Made by a program: the position numbers and the translations under genes. This document shows positions 62,874 to 64,000 of a stretch of 64,000 nt of DNA, piece after piece. Position 1 is the first letter of the stretch. Every line of letters starts with the position of its first letter. The DNA lies in IMG/VR virus record IMGVR_UViG_3300037859_000002, positions 47,212 to 111,211 of that record. One strand, given 5' to 3'. The DNA is from a virus. The notes under the pieces are model-generated. The model did no database searches. It saw only the letters and a list, made by a program, of their open reading frames with translations, and was not told the DNA's origin.

Positions 62874-62942
62874 TCCTCTTCATGGGGATGATTCCCCGAC
62901 CGCTCCCCCCGAGTCAAAACCCAGGGGGGCGGTTTCGGATCA
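62874..62942 (-). ncRNA. hammerhead-like RNA HH21, type II, AUGAAGA core variant
   Basis: near copy of HH15. Confidence 0.7.
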
Positions 62943-63269
62943 GAAATCTGGGCTCTCGCCCAGGTCGTCGCGGTCCATGCCGTCGACGCGGTCGGCCTTG
63001 GCCTTCCGCGCGTTCAGTTCATCCCGATTGCGCGGGTTGAACTGGCTGCGACGCCAAGCCGCCCGGGCGAGCTTGCGATCGAAGAACACGCGATCGCGCT
63101 TGATCACCGTGGTTCTTGCGGACCACTTGTTCTTGATCCCCTGGGTGAGGATGTTGATGTGCTCCTCGCCGTTGCTGCCCAGCGCCAGGCCTAGCTTGGT
63201 GCCGCCCGGGGCGAGGTACCAGATCTTGGTTTCTGCGTAGAGGCGATAGTCATCGGCGGTGATGATCAT
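62940..63269 (-). CDS. hypothetical protein
   Basis: 109-aa ORF with ATGA overlap. Confidence 0.7.
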   Translation of the reverse strand: MIITADDYRLYAETKIWYLAPGGTKLGLALGSNGEEHINILTQGIKNKWSARTTVIKRDRVFFDRKLARAAWRRSQFNPRNRDELNARKAKADRVDGMDRDDLGESPDF

Positions 63270-63469
63270 TGACCGACCCCTTTCTCAGCCGAGGCGGGGA
63301 TGATCATCACGCACTCGAGGTGCTTGCCCCGGTCGAACAGATCGATCTGGATACCCTTGCTGGCGCGGGCGGCGCGCGCGAGGGAGGCCCTCGCAGCATC
63401 CAGGTTGCGATGCCGAGACAGGACGTTCCCTCCTCGGACGACGCTCAAAGGATACTGGTTCGTGTACAT
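63266..63469 (-). CDS. hypothetical protein
   Basis: 67-aa ORF after HH22. Confidence 0.7.
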   Translation of the reverse strand: MYTNQYPLSVVRGGNVLSRHRNLDAARASLARAARASKGIQIDLFDRGKHLECVMIIPASAEKGVGQ

Positions 63470-63477
63470 GGGGTGTT

Positions 63478-63535
63478 TCCCTTTCGCCGGCGTCTGGCCG
63501 GCTCGTCAGGCCCCACGCGGTGTGGGGTCGAGGGA
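63478..63535 (-). ncRNA. hammerhead ribozyme HH22, type III (related to HH2)
   Basis: UCCCUC / CCCCAC-GUGGGG / CUGACGA / GCCGGC-GCCGGC / GAAA GGGA. Confidence 0.92.
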
Positions 63536-63577
63536 GCCCCCGCCACAGGGGCGGGGGCGCAGGTTCAGAAGATGCGG

Positions 63578-64000
63578 TCAGCCGGAAATCAGGATGATTC
63601 CGGAGCCTGGACCGCCGAGCTTCACCTTCTTGCGGGCCGCCATGTCCGGCCAGGTGCAGCGCACCAGGTCGGCGGGGCCGCGCTCGAGCATGACCTCGCG
63701 CTCATTGTTGTCGCTGAGCGCCGAGAACCAGTAACCGGCGTACTCCTCGAACACCGCGTTGGTGTCGAAGGCGTACGCGCAATCGGTGAGTTCGCTCGTA
63801 TCCCACGGCCAGGGCCAGCCCTCGGCCGGCCAGGTCGCATCGTCTCGGGTCTTGAGGAAGGCGTCGACCTGCAGGCGGAAATCCGCTTCGGTCTGGGCCT
63901 CTCGGAGCGCCAGTGGGACGTCGTAGCCGTCCCAGGCGATGCTTCCCAGCCATTCGGCTTCGGGGCCGCGCCCGACGTAGAAATCAGCTCTGGTGCCCAT
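63578..64000 (-). CDS. phage hypothetical protein
   Basis: MGTRADFYVGRG..AEWLGSIAWDGY, WPWPW. Confidence 0.75.
   Translation of the reverse strand: MGTRADFYVGRGPEAEWLGSIAWDGYDVPLALREAQTEADFRLQVDAFLKTRDDATWPAEGWPWPWDTSELTDCAYAFDTNAVFEEYAGYWFSALSDNNEREVMLERGPADLVRCTWPDMAARKKVKLGGPGSGIILISG

Noticed and set aside
59790-63560. CRISPR array or simple terminators
   Set aside because: The spacers are whole genes, the repeats vary in sequence while keeping structure, there are no cas genes and no U-tracts
1-64000. Long direct terminal repeats
   Set aside because: The two ends share only ribozyme-sized repeats and diverged paralogues, not continuous identity

Overview
GC-rich tailed-phage (or prophage) DNA, probably from an alphaproteobacterial host (GcrA-like gene). 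The + strand from 5.8 to 59.2 kb carries a packaging, head, lambda-like tail, fibre and lysis module. It also carries two tRNAs, a ~740-nt structured non-coding region containing a circularly permuted tRNA-like domain, an acyl-carrier-protein gene, a GIY-YIG homing endonuclease and a Hint-domain fibre. Both ends of the window (1-5.7 kb and 59.2-64 kb) hold arrays of small - strand genes. Almost every non-overlapping gene junction in these arrays is a hammerhead ribozyme motif: 22 found by eye, 13 type II and 9 type III. The open helix generally overlaps or abuts the Shine-Dalgarno of the next gene, and all 13 type II copies contain the UGA stop of the previous gene. This suggests ribozyme-punctuated operons that process themselves into hairpin-protected, mostly single-gene mRNAs. 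A palindromic CACAY-N4-RTGKG motif recurs at + strand gene boundaries. No replication or integrase genes were seen. All calls come from manual reading; no searches were run.
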